From: Diplonema japonicum
Taxonomy: Eukaryota > Protista > Euglenozoa: Diplonemea
Direction: 5' to 3'
Length of the DNA: 64,000 nt
Assembly: GCA_964019335.1 (NCBI GenBank)
Contig: OZ025735.1
Location: 186,001 to 250,000, forward strand
The position numbers were made by a program, and so were the translations under genes. Shown here piece after piece: positions 35,367 to 47,285 of this stretch (positions within the stretch are counted from its first letter, which is position 1; each line of letters opens with the position of its first letter). A model generated the notes under the pieces. It ran no database searches. It was not told the DNA's origin and saw only the letters and a list, made by a program, of their open reading frames with translations.

Positions 35367-35554
35367 AGGGAGAAGAAAAAAAGAAAGAAAAAAAAAAAAG
35401 AAAAAAAAAAAGGGAAGATAATATATGACAAGCATCTACACATTCTCCTCTCCTACTGCTTGTGGCACCCCCCCCCCCCCTGAAATTGTTGTGAGTGGTG
35501 TCAGCAGTCAGTGAATGCATTCCCCCTGTTTGTTTTTTTTTTTTTTTTTTCGCG

Positions 35555-36310
35555 GAGGTCAAAAGAGAAGGGCTGCCGAAAGCAACGGCGCTACACGGTG
35601 TAGTGAGAGGAACGGGAGCGGAAGTGCAGAAACAAGCGCGACTGGTGCAGAGCGTACCTGGTGCGAGTGGTGGCGTTGCGTGACAGTAGAGCAGCGGAGA
35701 GGACGGTGCATGTTATAAGACCATATCCTTGGAAAGAGACGACGGCCGGAACAAGATGCCCGGTACCGACGGAGGAGATGCTTGTTGCGCACGGAGCAAC
35801 GGGTGAGATACTGAAAAAGCAGTTGAAACATGTGCTACCCTGGCTGCAAGGTCTGAGGTGGTACCTAGGATCGAGGAAGACGTCAATCACCACGATGGAG
35901 CTGGCAATTGATTTTGAGATGACGACCGGTATATCCTTATACGGGGAACATGGGGAGAGCAGTCTGTTGGAGAGAAAAGCCGCACGTCTGCGGTACATCC
36001 TCAATAGAGTGCAAGCATGTGCGGCAAAGGGCAACAAAAGCGGCTTCCCGGCAGGAAGGATGACCAGAGTACACTCCCTGAGAAACCTGGGCGCACCAGC
36101 GATGCATGGCTACGACAAGAGACCCTTGTTCTCGTCAACCCAAACAGCCCCCTATTTGGAGGGACTGCGACCGATGTTCTTAGCGCAGATGCCGTCCATG
36201 ACGGACAGGCAAACCCCGACGGCCGGCACCAGGATGCAACCGCAGAATGGTGACAGGCACGTGTAGGATCCCCAGTCCACGGTGGGCACCAACCAGCGCA
36301 CCGCAAAAAT
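35555..36310 (+). mobile_element. 5'-truncated relic of a second, divergent LINE family (C-terminal domain only)
   Basis: ALHGVV, YPW, WLQGLRW, ELAIDFE.TT, SLRNLGA, GY..RP.F align with the C-terminus of the LINE ORF (ALHGII, FPW, WLRMLQW, ELALDFEATT, SLRSIGA, GY..RP.F). Confidence 0.85.
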
Positions 36311-36653
36311 AGATCGAGCTTTTTTTTTTTTTTTTTTGGCAAGGAAAGAGAGTGGGTTGAATGCTTCTTGGTTTGCTGCTGACTGTAAAAAAAACTTCTC
36401 TGTTTCATCCCCCTCCTCTTCCTCTTTTGCTCCATTGTTTTTTTTTTTCCCACGTTTCTTTTTTATTTAAACGGGGGGGGGGGGGGGGAAACTAACTATG
36501 TTTACGAAAGAAGAAAAAAAAAAAGAAAAAAAAAACGGAAACCGCTGAACTATATTTTTTTTTTTATTACTCAATTGTAATAACTTTTGGTTTAAAAGTC
36601 TGAATTTTTTCTTAAGGGATGGGAAGGGGTTTTTTTTTTTTTTAAATGTCTCT

Positions 36654-36698
<45 letters not shown>

Positions 36699-37216
36699 CT
36701 TCTTCTTTAGGTTAAGTCTTTTGTAAAGATTCTTGGTCTTTAAAGAGTACAGTAAGACCTCTTTACAACTACTTCTACTTTCTGTTATTTGGGGAAGTGC
36801 ATCAGGAAGGAAACAGTACACTAACACTGAGGAGGTGGGCAATAAACACCACAAAACCAGCCCGTTGGCTGCAAGGTGAGGTATTCTTTGCAACACGCAA
36901 GCTATACCCCCTTCGTCACTCAATGGTCTTTAGAAAACGAAAAGAAAAAGGAAAAAAAAAAAAAAAGAGATCTTAAGCAACCAAGCGCCAGAATTATATG
37001 AGCTCGACCGGAGTAGGGGAAGAATTCTTTTTTTTTTTTTTTTTTTTTTTTTTGTTCCGTTTATGTTCTGCAGCCATCTAAAACCCTCCTGTTTTAAGCC
37101 GAATTTTAAGGCCCCCTACTGCCAGGCCGACCTTCACACTGCGTGCAGCATATTTGGGAAAAGTAAGTTTTTTTTAGAATCTCATGGCGCCCATCTTTCC
37201 TCTTGTGCAACGAGCT

Positions 37217-37249
<33 letters not shown>

Positions 37250-37841
37250 TTTTTTTGGCGGGATAAACATTTCAAAATATTTTAGGCACAAGGACAAGCA
37301 ATTTTTTTTTTTTTTATACGCAAAAAGAGTAATGATTTATTACGAAACAAACACTTCCCCACCCCCACTTTTTTTTTTTTTCTTCTGAAAAAAAAAAAAA
37401 AAAATACAATATCATACACTGCGGTGTCTTCTCTCCCTCCCTTTCTTTTTCTCGACTCCGAGATTGGCACACTTTGAATACTTCTTGTTGTGTTCAGGCG
37501 TCTTTTATTGTTGCAGGCGGACCCTTGATGTGCTCTGGCAACAATATTAAAGGAGCTGCAGTCACAAACTTTTTTTTTTTCTTTCCTTCCCACTTTTTCT
37601 TCGCCAGAATAAAGTTATGGGCTTTCTCTCCTCCTCCTCCTCCTCCCCATTTTTTTTTCTCTCTTTCCAAAAGGGGTCAGTAAAAGCACTTTGTCAAAAC
37701 GATTTTCTTTTTTTTTTTTCTTTTTACTAACAAAAATTGCTGAGTTGACTCCCCACTCTGCACCCAGACAACCCCGCCTGCCTAGTACCTCTCGGATGTA
37801 AGCAACTTCACTCTTTAAAAAAAAAAAAAAAAAAAAAAAAT

Positions 37842-38154
37842 AGTATTCAGGGTTAACCCCACGGGTTTTTAATTACAATTGGGTTTAAATTGACGCCAAT
37901 TGAAAGGCGAACATGCAACCCTTCTATTCGTCCCCAGGACCCCCCCCAGATACACAAAGCCGACCCAAGGGAGCATCGAAACGACTTAGAAAAGGATTAT
38001 TTTCCCCAAAATATTGGTTTTGGATTGATCACGACCCGATTTTTTAATTAGGATCGATCGGTCAAACCGATTATAGATCAGATAAAACCCATCAAGAACC
38101 CAACTGTGATCCAAAGTCTAAAATTGCTCGGGTCGTCAGCTAACCCTGGATACT
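37842..38154. mobile_element. About 310-bp MITE (hAT-like ends)
   Basis: agtattcagggtta ... taaccctggatact inverted ends and internal acccg/accgat motifs; no clean 8-bp TSD. Confidence 0.5.
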
Positions 38155-38832
38155 TTACCAACCGAAAAAAGAAAGAAAAAAAAAGGGAAAAAAAAAAAAA
38201 AAGAGGGAAGCCTTGTGCAACAAGTGAGAGGGAAAAAAAAAAAAAAAAAAAAAAAAAAAGTATGGTGATAATATATGCACTCAAAGAAGGATTTTAACTA
38301 GCTGTCGGAAAATCTACCCCTTCCTTCTTGTGTGATTCATGCTAACAAAAAGAAAAAATCGTCTCCCCTTTTTTTTTTTGGAGAACATTACATTATCTGC
38401 GGTGCCCTGATATAATGACTATTCTTTTAGGACAGTTGGTTTTTTTTTTTCTTTTTTTTTCTTCCTTTTTTTTTTCTTATTCTACACATAAAGAATTAGG
38501 TTTGGCACCCCTCCTCCTATAAGTTGTACAAAAAAAGAAAAGAGAAAAAAAAAAGTACTTTCCTTTCCCCACCCATCTCGTTTATCCCTCTTGATCTGGA
38601 CCACGGGGGGGTTGTTTTTTTTTTTGTTTTTTTGAGGGGGAGAGGGGTGGTAGGGAAAAAAAAAAGGGGGGAGGGATGTATATATAATGTTTCGTGTGTA
38701 CTTGTCTTTTTTTTTTTTTTTTTTTCTTATTTTTCTCTCCGTTTCTTCTTCTTTTTTTTCTTTTTTTTTTTATTCCTCTCGATTCTGTCTTCCCCTTCCT
38801 TTTAAAAGAAATTCTTCTTTTTTTTTTCATTT

Positions 38833-38869
<37 letters not shown>

Positions 38870-38910
38870 AAAGGAGAAAGGGAGAAGGGAAAAAAAAAAA
38901 AAAAAAAAAA

Positions 38911-40541
38911 ATGCCGAGAGTCAGGGGTGTGAAAGAAGCCCTTTGGAATGTGGGCACCTTCGTGATTGGCGGAAGCGTGGCATGGAAGATGGGGGGTGCC
39001 TTGGGTGACGCAGTGTTTGGGCAGGAATTGAAGGGACACTTTTTGGTGGTATGAATTTTTTTTTTTTTTTTGTTCCACACAATCCCGCACAGGACAGAGG
39101 AGACAGGTACACCAACGAGCACCCCATCTACAACTTTACCTATAACAAACCTGGGCATCCTGTACAAATGAGCCCAAACGATTGGATTCATTTTCCTTTG
39201 GAGCTCAAGAAACAGCACACAAAAGACTCTGTCCTCCTCCGCTTTCAGCTCCCTTCCGTCCACGGGCGCATGGGCGGCAATGTAGCCAGCTTCGTCCTTT
39301 TGCGTTATAAGGACACTGATGGAAAGTACGTCGTGCGCCCTTACACCCCCGTTTCAATGGATTGGGAGTTCGGGCATTTCGATTTGCTGGTGAAGAAGTA
39401 CCCTGACGGTAAGATGGGGAACCATCTCGATGGGCTGAAAATAGGAGACAGAATTGAAGTAAAGGGTGTGCTGCCGAAGCTGGAGGTGCAGGCGAACGAT
39501 TATGCGAAAATTGGGCTTATTGCAGGGGGCAGCGGTATTACTCCGTGCTGGCAGGTGTGGAGGGAGGGAAAAAAAAAGAAAAAAAAAAAAAAAAAGGTGA
39601 TGATGTACCTGGCTAAAATGGACACCAACAAGACGAATTGTTCACTTATTTACGCGAATCACACCCCAGATGATATCATGATGAAGAGGGTATGAGGGGG
39701 AAAAAAAAAAAGACTATTTATTAAATAAATCTTTTTCACGAGTAGTTGAATTTCACGAGCGAAGCGAGTGAAATTCAAAAAACGAATGAAAAAAAAAAAA
39801 ATTCCGAGTAAAAATCTGGCTGATTTTTATTTAATACGATATTTTATTTAATTTTTGTAAAGTTAAATGAGGAAATTTCGGACACTGTGAACCCTTCATG
39901 TTCACTTCTGCGAAATGTTCACACTGATGTCAAAACTAAGCCTGATTGCCTGAGAAGACGATGTCAAATTGACAGAATTCTGTAGGTTTTGTGTAATTTG
40001 TGTCGGCACTTGATCATCGCTCTTCAGAAACTGCTGGTTTTGTGCGGGGGCTTGATCAGGTCTGACTTCCAGCCAAAACAGCAGGTTCCTTCATCAACAA
40101 GGTATTGTGCAAAAGAACGCCTGTATGCATGGCCAGTGTAATTTTCGGCATTTGCCAGCCTCAGGTGTGATGCTTGGTGGCCCGGAAACGTGGTAAAGTG
40201 TGTTTATGCCTCTTTTGCCTCGGATGCCTGACTGTTTTTTGCCTCAGATACCTGGCTGTGGTTTGGGTTGGTTGGGTTGGGTTACGTCTCATATTTTGCG
40301 AGGCGATTAATGTATGTGTCGAGCGACGTTTGTAAAAGCGCAACATGCTGTAGCTCAGTGGCAGCCTCGAGGGGACTGCCCCGAATGTAATCAGCCAGGT
40401 CGGCTGTCCCAGGAAGGGGGAACGGAGCACCGAAGGGAAGGTTCAGCCCACGTGGTGGCCCTCTCGGTTACTCCAGACAAAAGACTGGACACACCCCACA
40501 CCCCACCCCCCACCCCCAGTTTCCCCCCAGTGGTTATTATT

Positions 40542-40576
<35 letters not shown>

Positions 40577-40850
40577 CAACATGCTGTAGCTCAGTGGTCA
40601 TGTCGTCGCACTCGTCTCCTGGAGACGCCAGATCAAATCCTGGACCCTGAACTTTTTTCGATAAAATCGGGGTCAAAAAAACGGTCCCTCGGGGCTTGAA
40701 CCCTCGACCCCTGAAACAGTGGCACTTTTTTAAGCCAAATTCGGCCTATTACTTTATTTTTATTCTTCACTTTATTTTTACTCGTGAACGATAAAGTGAT
40801 TTCTGATTTTTATGGCTCTTTAGGAATTTCCTCATGTAACTTTACAGAAT

Positions 40851-40884
<34 letters not shown>

Positions 40885-41158
40885 CAGTCGCTGAACAGCT
40901 TAGAGCGAAACCACACCAGAATGTCCATTTACCATACTGTGTCAAAAGCGGACTCTGAGTGGCGGGGCGGTCTCGGCCGTGTGAATGCGCAGATGATCAA
41001 GTCGAAGATGCCCGCCCCTGGCGAAGGGAAGATTTTGGTCTGCGGTCCCCCGGCAATGATGGAAGCAGTGTGCGGCAAAAAGGATCAGATGAAACAGGGC
41101 CCTCTTGGGGGAATGCTGAAAGACATGGGGTATTCTGAAGACGATGTGTTTAAATTCT

Positions 41159-41160
<2 letters not shown>
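38911..41160 (+). CDS. NADH-cytochrome b5 reductase (MCR1/CBR-like); join(38911..39048,39093..39554,39597..39689,40888..41160)
   Basis: RPYTPVS, LVKKYPDGKM, IAGGSGITP, LIYAN, VCGPPAM, GYSEDDVFKF; three GT-AG introns restore the frame. Confidence 0.93.
40362..40575 (+). mobile_element. Poly(A)-tailed retroposon (SINE or LINE 3' end) with 22-bp TSD
   Basis: gcaacatgctgtagctcagtgg duplicated at 40340-40361 and 40576-40597; A32 tail immediately before the second copy. Confidence 0.8.
40582..40650 (+). pseudogene. tRNA-derived sequence (A box plus degenerate B box) inside E3
   Basis: TAGCTCAGTGG A box and ccagatcaaatcctgg T-arm-like stem; no acceptor stem; an opposite-strand B-box-like ggttcaagcccc at about 40691-40702. 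Confidence 0.5.
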
Positions 41161-41193
<33 letters not shown>

Positions 41194-41578
41194 CTGTACA
41201 GTGTTTTTTTTTCCCTTTTTTTTCCCAGAGGGGGATCTAATATCCAGAAAAGAAAAAAAAAAAAGTGTTCCAGGATTTTTTTTATATTCCATTTCCCCCC
41301 TTTTTTTTTGTTTCCTCCAGACAACCACGAAAAAAAAAAAAAAAAAAGAATCCCCGTTCCCCAATCTTCTTTTTTTTCCCAGAAAAATCTATTTTCTTTT
41401 ATTGTATTATTCTAATGCTTTTCCCCCTCCACGTTAAGCTCGGAGAAGAAAACCAATAATACAAAAAAAAAAAAGAAAAAAGAAAAAAAAAAAACAACAT
41501 TAAAATTCAGGGCCAAAACTAATAATTATGTTCTGAGCTTTTTTCAAAAAACCCAAAAAAAAAAAAAAAAAAAAAAAA

Positions 41579-43537
41579 ATGAAATTATTGCACATTCTAA
41601 CCGTAGTGATAGTGGTGTCGTTCGGGATGACATTTTCCATAGGGGTGAGCGTCAACCGAATGTCAGCATGGGAGGCCTCAACCGCCGGAATCCCCCACAA
41701 CCGAGAAACCGTCATAACAAATGTTCAGCAAGTCGTCCGACAGATAGAACAAGCAGAAGCACAGGACAACACCAACGCCAACATCCGTAGAGCCCTCGAA
41801 GCCGCTGTGCATAAAATGGGCGCCGACGAGACCTACAAAAAAATCATCGAAAACCACAATTTCAAATGCCGAACCTCCATCACAGGAAGGCTCTGCATAT
41901 ACCCGTTCACATACGAAAACAGCAAGCTTAAGGGAAGCGTGATGGTTAACAACGTACGTTCCTGCCCTGTTGAGGTCAATCTTGAAAATTCCGAAGCCAT
42001 AACCTTCGAACCATGTGGAAACCTGCACCTTACTGACAGCCCCCCTGAAACAAAAGGCTCGTGCAAACATGGTAAATGCAATTGTAATGACGATGGGGGA
42101 ACGACTCTAATGTGTACTGACGAGAGGCTGTCATGCCCCGCAGCTTGCGACGCTCTGTATCAAAAACCACACGAGGGGTACTTCAACAAGATCATCGCAA
42201 CGACCATTGTATCAGGATGGCAAGCTTCGAAACCATCATCGATTTCAGATATCTCCTCTCTTCTCCGTCTTGAACCTCCATCATATCATTCCGTCTCCGA
42301 TCAGTTCCACGGTACTGGGATTGTAATAGCATCGGGTGGAACTCGTATGTTATCTGCTGTGGCAACTGCATTGTTCATCCGTTTGCAGTTGAAATCCACG
42401 CTTCCAATTGAAATATGGAGAACAGAGGGCGAGGGGGAGATTACCCAGGATATTATAGATATCTGCCAGCAGCATGATGTGTTTCATGTTTCGATCCCGA
42501 TGGACTTCGGTCCTGGAATATTCGGGTGGGAGGACCGTTGGCAGCAAGACCCGAAGCATGAGCTTCTCTCCTCGAAGGCCGTGTTTACAGCGTTGAAGCC
42601 TTACGTAATGCTTCTGTCTCATTTTGACACTGTGATTTTTTTCGACGATGACGCGATCCCTACCATCGACCCCGCGCACTTCACATCATTGCTAGAAAAC
42701 GGTATTTCCGCTGTTTTCTGGCGTGATTTATGGTCGCTTTACCCCGACGCATCCATATGGACCATTTTAAAATGGCCGGGAGAGAATCCTAAAACCGCTC
42801 CTGCACAAGATTCCGGAACTGTTGTTGTTTGCAAATCCTGCGACAACGGGAAAGGTTGGGAGGGTTTGTACAAAGCCGGTTACATGAACTTCCACCACTC
42901 CGTCTTCTACCCCTCCCTTTATCTCGGGTCTTTTAAAAACTGCAAGGGCGGCTGCACCGCGTTCGGTATCGGCGATAAAGATACTTTTCAAGCTTCTTGG
43001 ATATCAATTAACGCGAAATACTCGATGATGCCTGCATTGTCCCTTGTTGGTGCAAAGCGAGCGTCATGTGGGCCTGTCTTGGGGCAGCCTGGTCCTGACG
43101 GGTCTATCCTCGTACTCCACATGAACAGCAACAAGCTTTCGTATCGTGATTACAAAAAGAAATCCTGGGATAAATCTTACAAAAGATACGGACATTCGTT
43201 GCAACAGGTCATATCCCACACCAACCCTGACAATGCAAATATTGGTGACGGGAGGCACACACCTCAGATTAAATGGTCTGGTCTTCCTAGGTCGGGAGCG
43301 GCGAGGTGTCTAAGTTTTTTGAAGGGGCACCCCAACACGAAAACACCCCTGCGGGATAACGTCGGGACCCCGTGGGATATCGAGGAGGCTATCCATAAGG
43401 TGTTTGTCAATGTGTTTGAAACAAAGTGGGCGGATGCGTATTACGTAGCAGTTGCACCCCCTGAGACACCTACTCCACCGACCGAGCCTCCGAAGCCGAA
43501 GTTGAAGAGCTTGGAAGTTACACGTCAAGTGCCTTGA
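41579..43537 (+). CDS. Alpha-mannosyltransferase, GT71 (MNN2/MNN5-like)
   Basis: Signal anchor; GIVIASGG, LPIEIW, K....L.S.FD.V.F.DDD, FWRDLW, QDSG and GDKDTF motifs. Confidence 0.85.
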   Translation: MKLLHILTVVIVVSFGMTFSIGVSVNRMSAWEASTAGIPHNRETVITNVQQVVRQIEQAEAQDNTNANIRRALEAAVHKMGADETYKKIIENHNFKCRTSITGRLCIYPFTYENSKLKGSVMVNNVRSCPVEVNLENSEAITFEPCGNLHLTDSPPETKGSCKHGKCNCNDDGGTTLMCTDERLSCPAACDALYQKPHEGYFNKIIATTIVSGWQASKPSSISDISSLLRLEPPSYHSVSDQFHGTGIVIASGGTRMLSAVATALFIRLQLKSTLPIEIWRTEGEGEITQDIIDICQQHDVFHVSIPMDFGPGIFGWEDRWQQDPKHELLSSKAVFTALKPYVMLLSHFDTVIFFDDDAIPTIDPAHFTSLLENGISAVFWRDLWSLYPDASIWTILKWPGENPKTAPAQDSGTVVVCKSCDNGKGWEGLYKAGYMNFHHSVFYPSLYLGSFKNCKGGCTAFGIGDKDTFQASWISINAKYSMMPALSLVGAKRASCGPVLGQPGPDGSILVLHMNSNKLSYRDYKKKSWDKSYKRYGHSLQQVISHTNPDNANIGDGRHTPQIKWSGLPRSGAARCLSFLKGHPNTKTPLRDNVGTPWDIEEAIHKVFVNVFETKWADAYYVAVAPPETPTPPTEPPKPKLKSLEVTRQVP

Positions 43538-43574
43538 GGGCAGTTTCTTTTTTTTTTTTTTTTTTTTTTTTTTT

Positions 43575-43820
43575 GTGGATTTGACGAGTGAAACGTTTAA
43601 CGAGTCAAAACTGACCACAGTGAAATCATCAATCTTATATTCACAAATACAATATTTTATTTTTTAACGACAGCAAAAATTTGAGTGTGTGGGGGTCCTT
43701 TTCACTCCTGGGCCTAATCTTCTGTAGTAGCCCGAGCGTGGAAATAAAGTCGGGAGTGAAATAAAGTAAATTCTGATATTCACTCCCCCCACACGAAAAA
43801 TTGTGCTGGAGTTAAATAAA
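43575..43820 (+). mobile_element. Short, left-truncated hairpin/internal-complement element E5
   Basis: tttgacGAgt...acGAgtcaaa stem as in E2; about 43654-43695 complementary to right end about 43785-43821; gtgaaataaagt motif. Confidence 0.7.
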
Positions 43821-44090
43821 AAAAAAAGAAAGCGAAATATTAAAATTCACAAGGTGGGGGGGGAGGGGGGGGAGGTGGGAACATGGGAACAGTGTTGGTA
43901 TCCTCTTTTTTTTTACCTCTTCTTTTTTTCCCCCCCCCGTTTTATCGTGTTTCTTTAAATTATTCTTATTATTATTATCGTTTTCTTTTTACTCAAGAGA
44001 AAATCCTTTTTTCGGAGGCCGAATACAGAGAGTTTTTTTGCGCTGCGAAAAAAAGAATTGCAAAATGAACATTTTGCTCTTTTATTCTTC

Positions 44091-44121
<31 letters not shown>

Positions 44122-44147
44122 TTTTGCATGAACAAGAAAAACTATAT

Positions 44148-45049
44148 GAGCTCGTCCGGAAAAAAAATGTCAACAAATGACCCTCTTTTGCAACGGAAAA
44201 TCCTCGGAAGATTTCTAAGTACAAAAGTAGTCCGACACCACTTTGTGTGCAGAATTGCGGTCTGAGTGTGTTCACCATATTAGTCACGATGCGCGCCGTT
44301 TGTTTCATTTCTATAACGCACGTGCAAAAACATGCTTTTTAGAATGTTTTTTTTTGGCATTCGGAAATTGTAAATGACCCAGGCTCCATATTTCTTTTTG
44401 TTTTCTTCAATAAGAAGAAATGGACGCAGATGGAAAATCTGTGAAACTTAAGGGGTCATTTTGGGTAGTTTGGGCTCTTTATCACTATTAAAATGGGGTG
44501 GGCCCATTTTAGGCTAAAATCCCTTAAGGGCCCTTTAAAAGCAAACTTCTCAATTTTTAATTTGTCATGAGTAAGAAAAAAACCGACAAGCCTCAGCAGA
44601 TGGGTAGAGAATGCATATTTGGCCCAAAGATACCGATGTTGAGCAGGCAAGTGTGAAGAATGGGTTTTCAGGAAAATGGGCCTTTTAGGCCAATTCCCTT
44701 AGGAACCCCTGGAAAAAGCAAAAAATAGGGTGTAAAAAAACCGGTTTTTTGGGGGCTATGTAACGCCATATATTTTTCGCAAAGTACTTTTAACAGTAAC
44801 CCTGGGTTGTACCCGTGTAAAAAACATTTTTCGTCGTTTTCCTGACCTCTGTTTTTTGCTTCCCGGGGGGGCAGCCGGTTGCAAAGCCTGCCACCCTCAT
44901 GGCAAAACAAGCATCGCAATTGAAAGAACCATATATGTCATCTTCCTATGGTTGCATGCTGCCCTTTTTTTTTGCTCAAATCAATCAAAACAAGAAATTT
45001 TCGGAGGTGCCCAAAAAAGTGTTGGCATTTTTTTTTTTCGGACGAGCTC
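44148..45049. mobile_element. 902-bp non-autonomous Sola-like TIR element
   Basis: TIR gagctcgtccg(g)aaaaaaaatg.caac, GAG...CTC termini, ATAT TSD (44144-47 and 45050-53). Confidence 0.8.
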
Positions 45050-45332
45050 ATATATTGATAATGAATTGTTGATGCTAAAAAGAGTAGTGGTAACATTGTT
45101 GGGCTTATCCTTCTACAGGTTAACCCCCGGCTGTGCACAAACAATAATCAACCAACTCTTTTTTTTTTTTTTTTTTTTGCAGCGAGGTTGACAGGAAGGG
45201 GTGGATAGAATAACTACTTCCCTCATATCTCTGAGGGGGTTAGTTCTATTCTTTTTTTTTTGATCTCTGATAAACAGTAGACTTAAAAACTCTGTTGCTA
45301 GATAACTGCTGGGAGTTTCCCCCCTCTTCTTC

Positions 45333-45371
<39 letters not shown>

Positions 45372-46637
45372 CATTCTGGGACACAGGGCAAAAGTAAGAG
45401 ATTCTGAAACACTCTTTTTTTCAAAGCGAAAAAGAAGTCTTTTTTTTCTAATACAGCTCTTGGCGGAAAATGGGCCAAATTTTTCTTTTTTCTCTTTCTT
45501 CTTGTCCCCCTTCCCAAAAAAAAAATTAAAATAGAAGAACTGTGTTTTTTATTCTCGGTTGAAAAGGATTCCCCCCCCCCCCCCCCCCCCCAGGCTAAGT
45601 ACGTGCGTTTAGTGGCACACTTCCCCTGCGAAGGTAGAACGGCTCTTGTGCCCAGACAGGCGATGCTCCCCCCCCCCCCCCCCCATCATAGTAGTGAGTC
45701 GTAAGGGAGTTAAATAATTTCTTTTCATCAGCGAATTTTTATTTTAAAAAAATAACTATTCTTCACAATAACGCGTTTTTTGATTTTTATCTTTTTCTTT
45801 TTTCTTTCCTTCTTACGCATTGACCTTTGGGAGGGAGGAACAAAAATTTTAAAAAGAAGGGGGAAATAACCTGCACTACTATGTGTTTTCAGCTTATTTT
45901 CCTCTTTTTTTCTTTCTTTCCCCCCTTTTTTTTTGAGACACCTTACCCGTTCTGTAGAAGATACTAACCCCCCCCTCTTTTTTCGTTTTGGCTTTGTTTT
46001 TTTTTTTTCTCTCTTTTTTAAAAAAATCTTTTTATTCCTAAAGAATCTTATTGGAAAAAAAAAAATCAAAATTCCTTCTTCTTCTTCTTCTTGTTATCCG
46101 GAACTTTAAGAATTATCCTTTTTTTTAAGTTCATTTCCTTAATTTCGTTTTTTTTTTTTTTTTTTTTCCCTTAGATTTTTTTCTTTTTTCCCTTTGATTT
46201 TTTTTTCTTCATTTCTTTGTGTTAAGATAAGGGAAGGAAAAGGGTGTTTTTTTGTTTTTTTTTTTTGTTCTCCTTTTGGGACACACAAAAAACAAAAAGA
46301 AAACAAAAAAAGCATTATTCCCATGCCACCCATTGCTAGTAGACCGCAAAAAAGAAGAAAACGAACAAAAAGGAAAAAATAAAATTGTCAGTCATAGTGG
46401 GCTTGAGGCCATTCACCCCTCCCTTAGGAATTCTTTCAAGAACTCTATTCTTCGACTTCTCTTGGGGAAAAAAAAAGTGTGGCCGGTGCTGCTCTGTGAA
46501 AACTGAGATGTGAGCGGAGGGTGAAAAAAAAAAGAAATCGACGAAAGAAAAAAAAAATACTGAAAAAGAAGAAGAAAAAGAACAACAAATTCAAACCCCT
46601 GGAACACCATGTGAGGAAGATGGGGTGCGTAATAATA

Positions 46638-46677
<40 letters not shown>

Positions 46678-47094
46678 AAAGCTGAAAAACTTTTTTCAAC
46701 GGGGGGGGGGGTGAGAAAACCATGTATAAATCGGAAATTTCTGTTATATTCCTTTTTAAAAAAAAAAAAAACCCCTTTTTTTATTCCCGCTGGGGTGTGC
46801 AGGTTATTCTTTTTTTTTAAATTTATTTATTTTTTTATTTATGTGGTCGGTTATTCACCTCCCTCCAATCGTGAAATCATTTCTAAACTGCGTGGGCGCC
46901 GAATCTCGGTTACCCGGGACGCCCCGGTTGGGGTTGAGCTGTACACCGCACGCAGAAGAAGCTACAACTCGGCCGAGGAGCGCCTCCTGTAATCAAGTAG
47001 ACAATTATTGTGCAGGGCACCGGCCTCCTTTAACTCTTATATTCTTTTTTTTTTTCCTTTTTCTTTAAAAAAGAGATGAAAAAGAAAAAAGAAG

Positions 47095-47095
<1 letters not shown>

Positions 47096-47142
<47 letters not shown>
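47096..47142. repeat. (GA)n microsatellite
   Basis: Perfect dinucleotide run of about 23 units. Confidence 0.95.
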
Positions 47143-47145
<3 letters not shown>

Positions 47146-47285
47146 ACCGACTGGATTATTTTCTTTTTTCCCCGCGTTTTTATCTTTATTTATTCCCCCC
47201 ACCCCACCCCACCCCATTTGTTTTATATTTCCACCCCCCCAAAAAAAACCCACTCTAAAAAAAAACCCCCCCAGGGAAAAAAAAA

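Larger units (their letters stand above)
39711..40857 (+). mobile_element. Hairpin/internal-complement element E3, inside intron 3 of the b5 reductase gene
   Basis: Hairpin with GCGAAGC apex (39759-39765); 39842-39879 complementary to right end 40823-40857; 39822-39840 complementary to the left end. Confidence 0.85.

Noticed and set aside
40582-40650. Functional tRNA gene
   Set aside because: B box is degenerate and no acceptor stem can be formed; kept only as tRNA-derived.
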